This document shows, one piece after another, positions 63,208-64,000 of a stretch of DNA of 64,000 nt. Below the pieces are notes generated by a model. That model saw only the letters and a list, made by a program, of their open reading frames with translations. It was not told where the DNA came from and did no database searches. The position numbers were made by a program, and so were the translations under genes. Position 1 is the first letter of the stretch. The number at the start of each line of letters is the position of its first letter. Source of the DNA: Ionaspis alba (taxonomy: Eukaryota); NCBI GenBank assembly GCA_964255285.1, contig CAXUUL010000015.1, forward strand, positions 1-64,000, written 5' to 3'.

Positions 63208-64000
63208 TCAGACATTCTCAAACTGAAAGGTCGGACAACCCGGCACCGCAGCCTCCGCACTCGACCCCAATCCCTCTCTGATACCTCCCTCGCCATCACC
63301 AACCACTACTCTCCCATTCCCGCCCTCCTCGACGGCCACAACATCCACAGCCTTACACCCCGTCGTCCTCCTCAAACCAGCCACCATCTCCTTGAGCGTA
63401 CCCAACTCATCAAACGCCAACTTCCTTTCAAAGACATGTTCCGGCTTCTCCCCACCCTGCACCAACCTCTTCCTCAACGCTTGCACAAACGGCATAGCCT
63501 TCTTCGTCTCTCCCATCTTAGCAACACGACCGACAAGCTCCTTCTCGTTGGCCAGGTGTGTCTTCTCAAATTCTGCCCGCACGAGATCAATGTACTTTTC
63601 CTGCCAGGTGGGATAGGCAGTGGCGGCGTAGATGGTGAGCTTCTTCGGGAGTTTGGGATCAAAAGCGATGGTTTTGCCTTTGTCTTTCTTCTTGAGCTGG
63701 GAGGCTTCGGCGGACGTGATGGCGGAAGAGGTGGTGCGGACGTAGTCGCGAGCGGCAGAGATTGCAGGGTCGGAGGGAGGACAAGTCGGGTAGAGGGCAT
63801 TCTGGATTGTGGTGGGCTGTTGGATTTATAAGGTTTAGAAGCTTGAACATAGATGCAGCACGCTATCATTGCTTACCTTTTGCAAGATTTCTTGCCAGAT
63901 ATAATCGGACCAATGGGGGGCAATAGGTGTGAGGAGGAGCGCTTGCAATTCGATGTAACGGAACACGAGGTCGTGGTGCATGCCGACTTGAGCACCAGCG
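63208..64000 (-). CDS. CDC60: Cytoplasmic leucyl-tRNA synthetase, C-terminal part
   Basis: [17 protein letters not shown]|..[22 protein letters not shown] and [13 protein letters not shown]. Intron 63817-63876. Confidence 0.9.

Overview
Gene-dense eukaryotic DNA from a filamentous ascomycete (Pezizomycotina). Short 45-120 nt GT-AG introns with CTRAY branch points and the protein families support this. A lichen-type metagenome assembly is plausible but is inference. About 25 protein-coding genes are present, mostly housekeeping: dynactin p150, TSC13, a GPI cell-wall protein, a histidine phosphatase, a triple Zn2Cys6 protein, TOM1/HUWE1, a YeeE/YedE transporter, an AMA1-like APC/C activator, BET4, a TBC RabGAP, HPPD, a TTC36-like protein, CTF8, a P450, DPH3, APS3, frataxin, PRS, a Pth11-like receptor, RPS6 and LeuRS. 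Four of the five 100-N gaps are flanked by exact 55-nt duplications, which are assembly artefacts. The main observations are: (1) an unannotated, strongly structured ~270-nt minus-strand element at ~10.5-10.77 kb with a tRNA-like four-way junction and a TATA/A-box/B-box/T-run Pol III signature; (2) a head-to-head HPPD + TTC36/HmgX-like pair; (3) a probable non-canonical AT-AC intron in the AMA1-like gene; (4) a ~750-codon ORF interrupted by a single in-frame TAG. All calls come from reading the sequence by eye; no searches were run.
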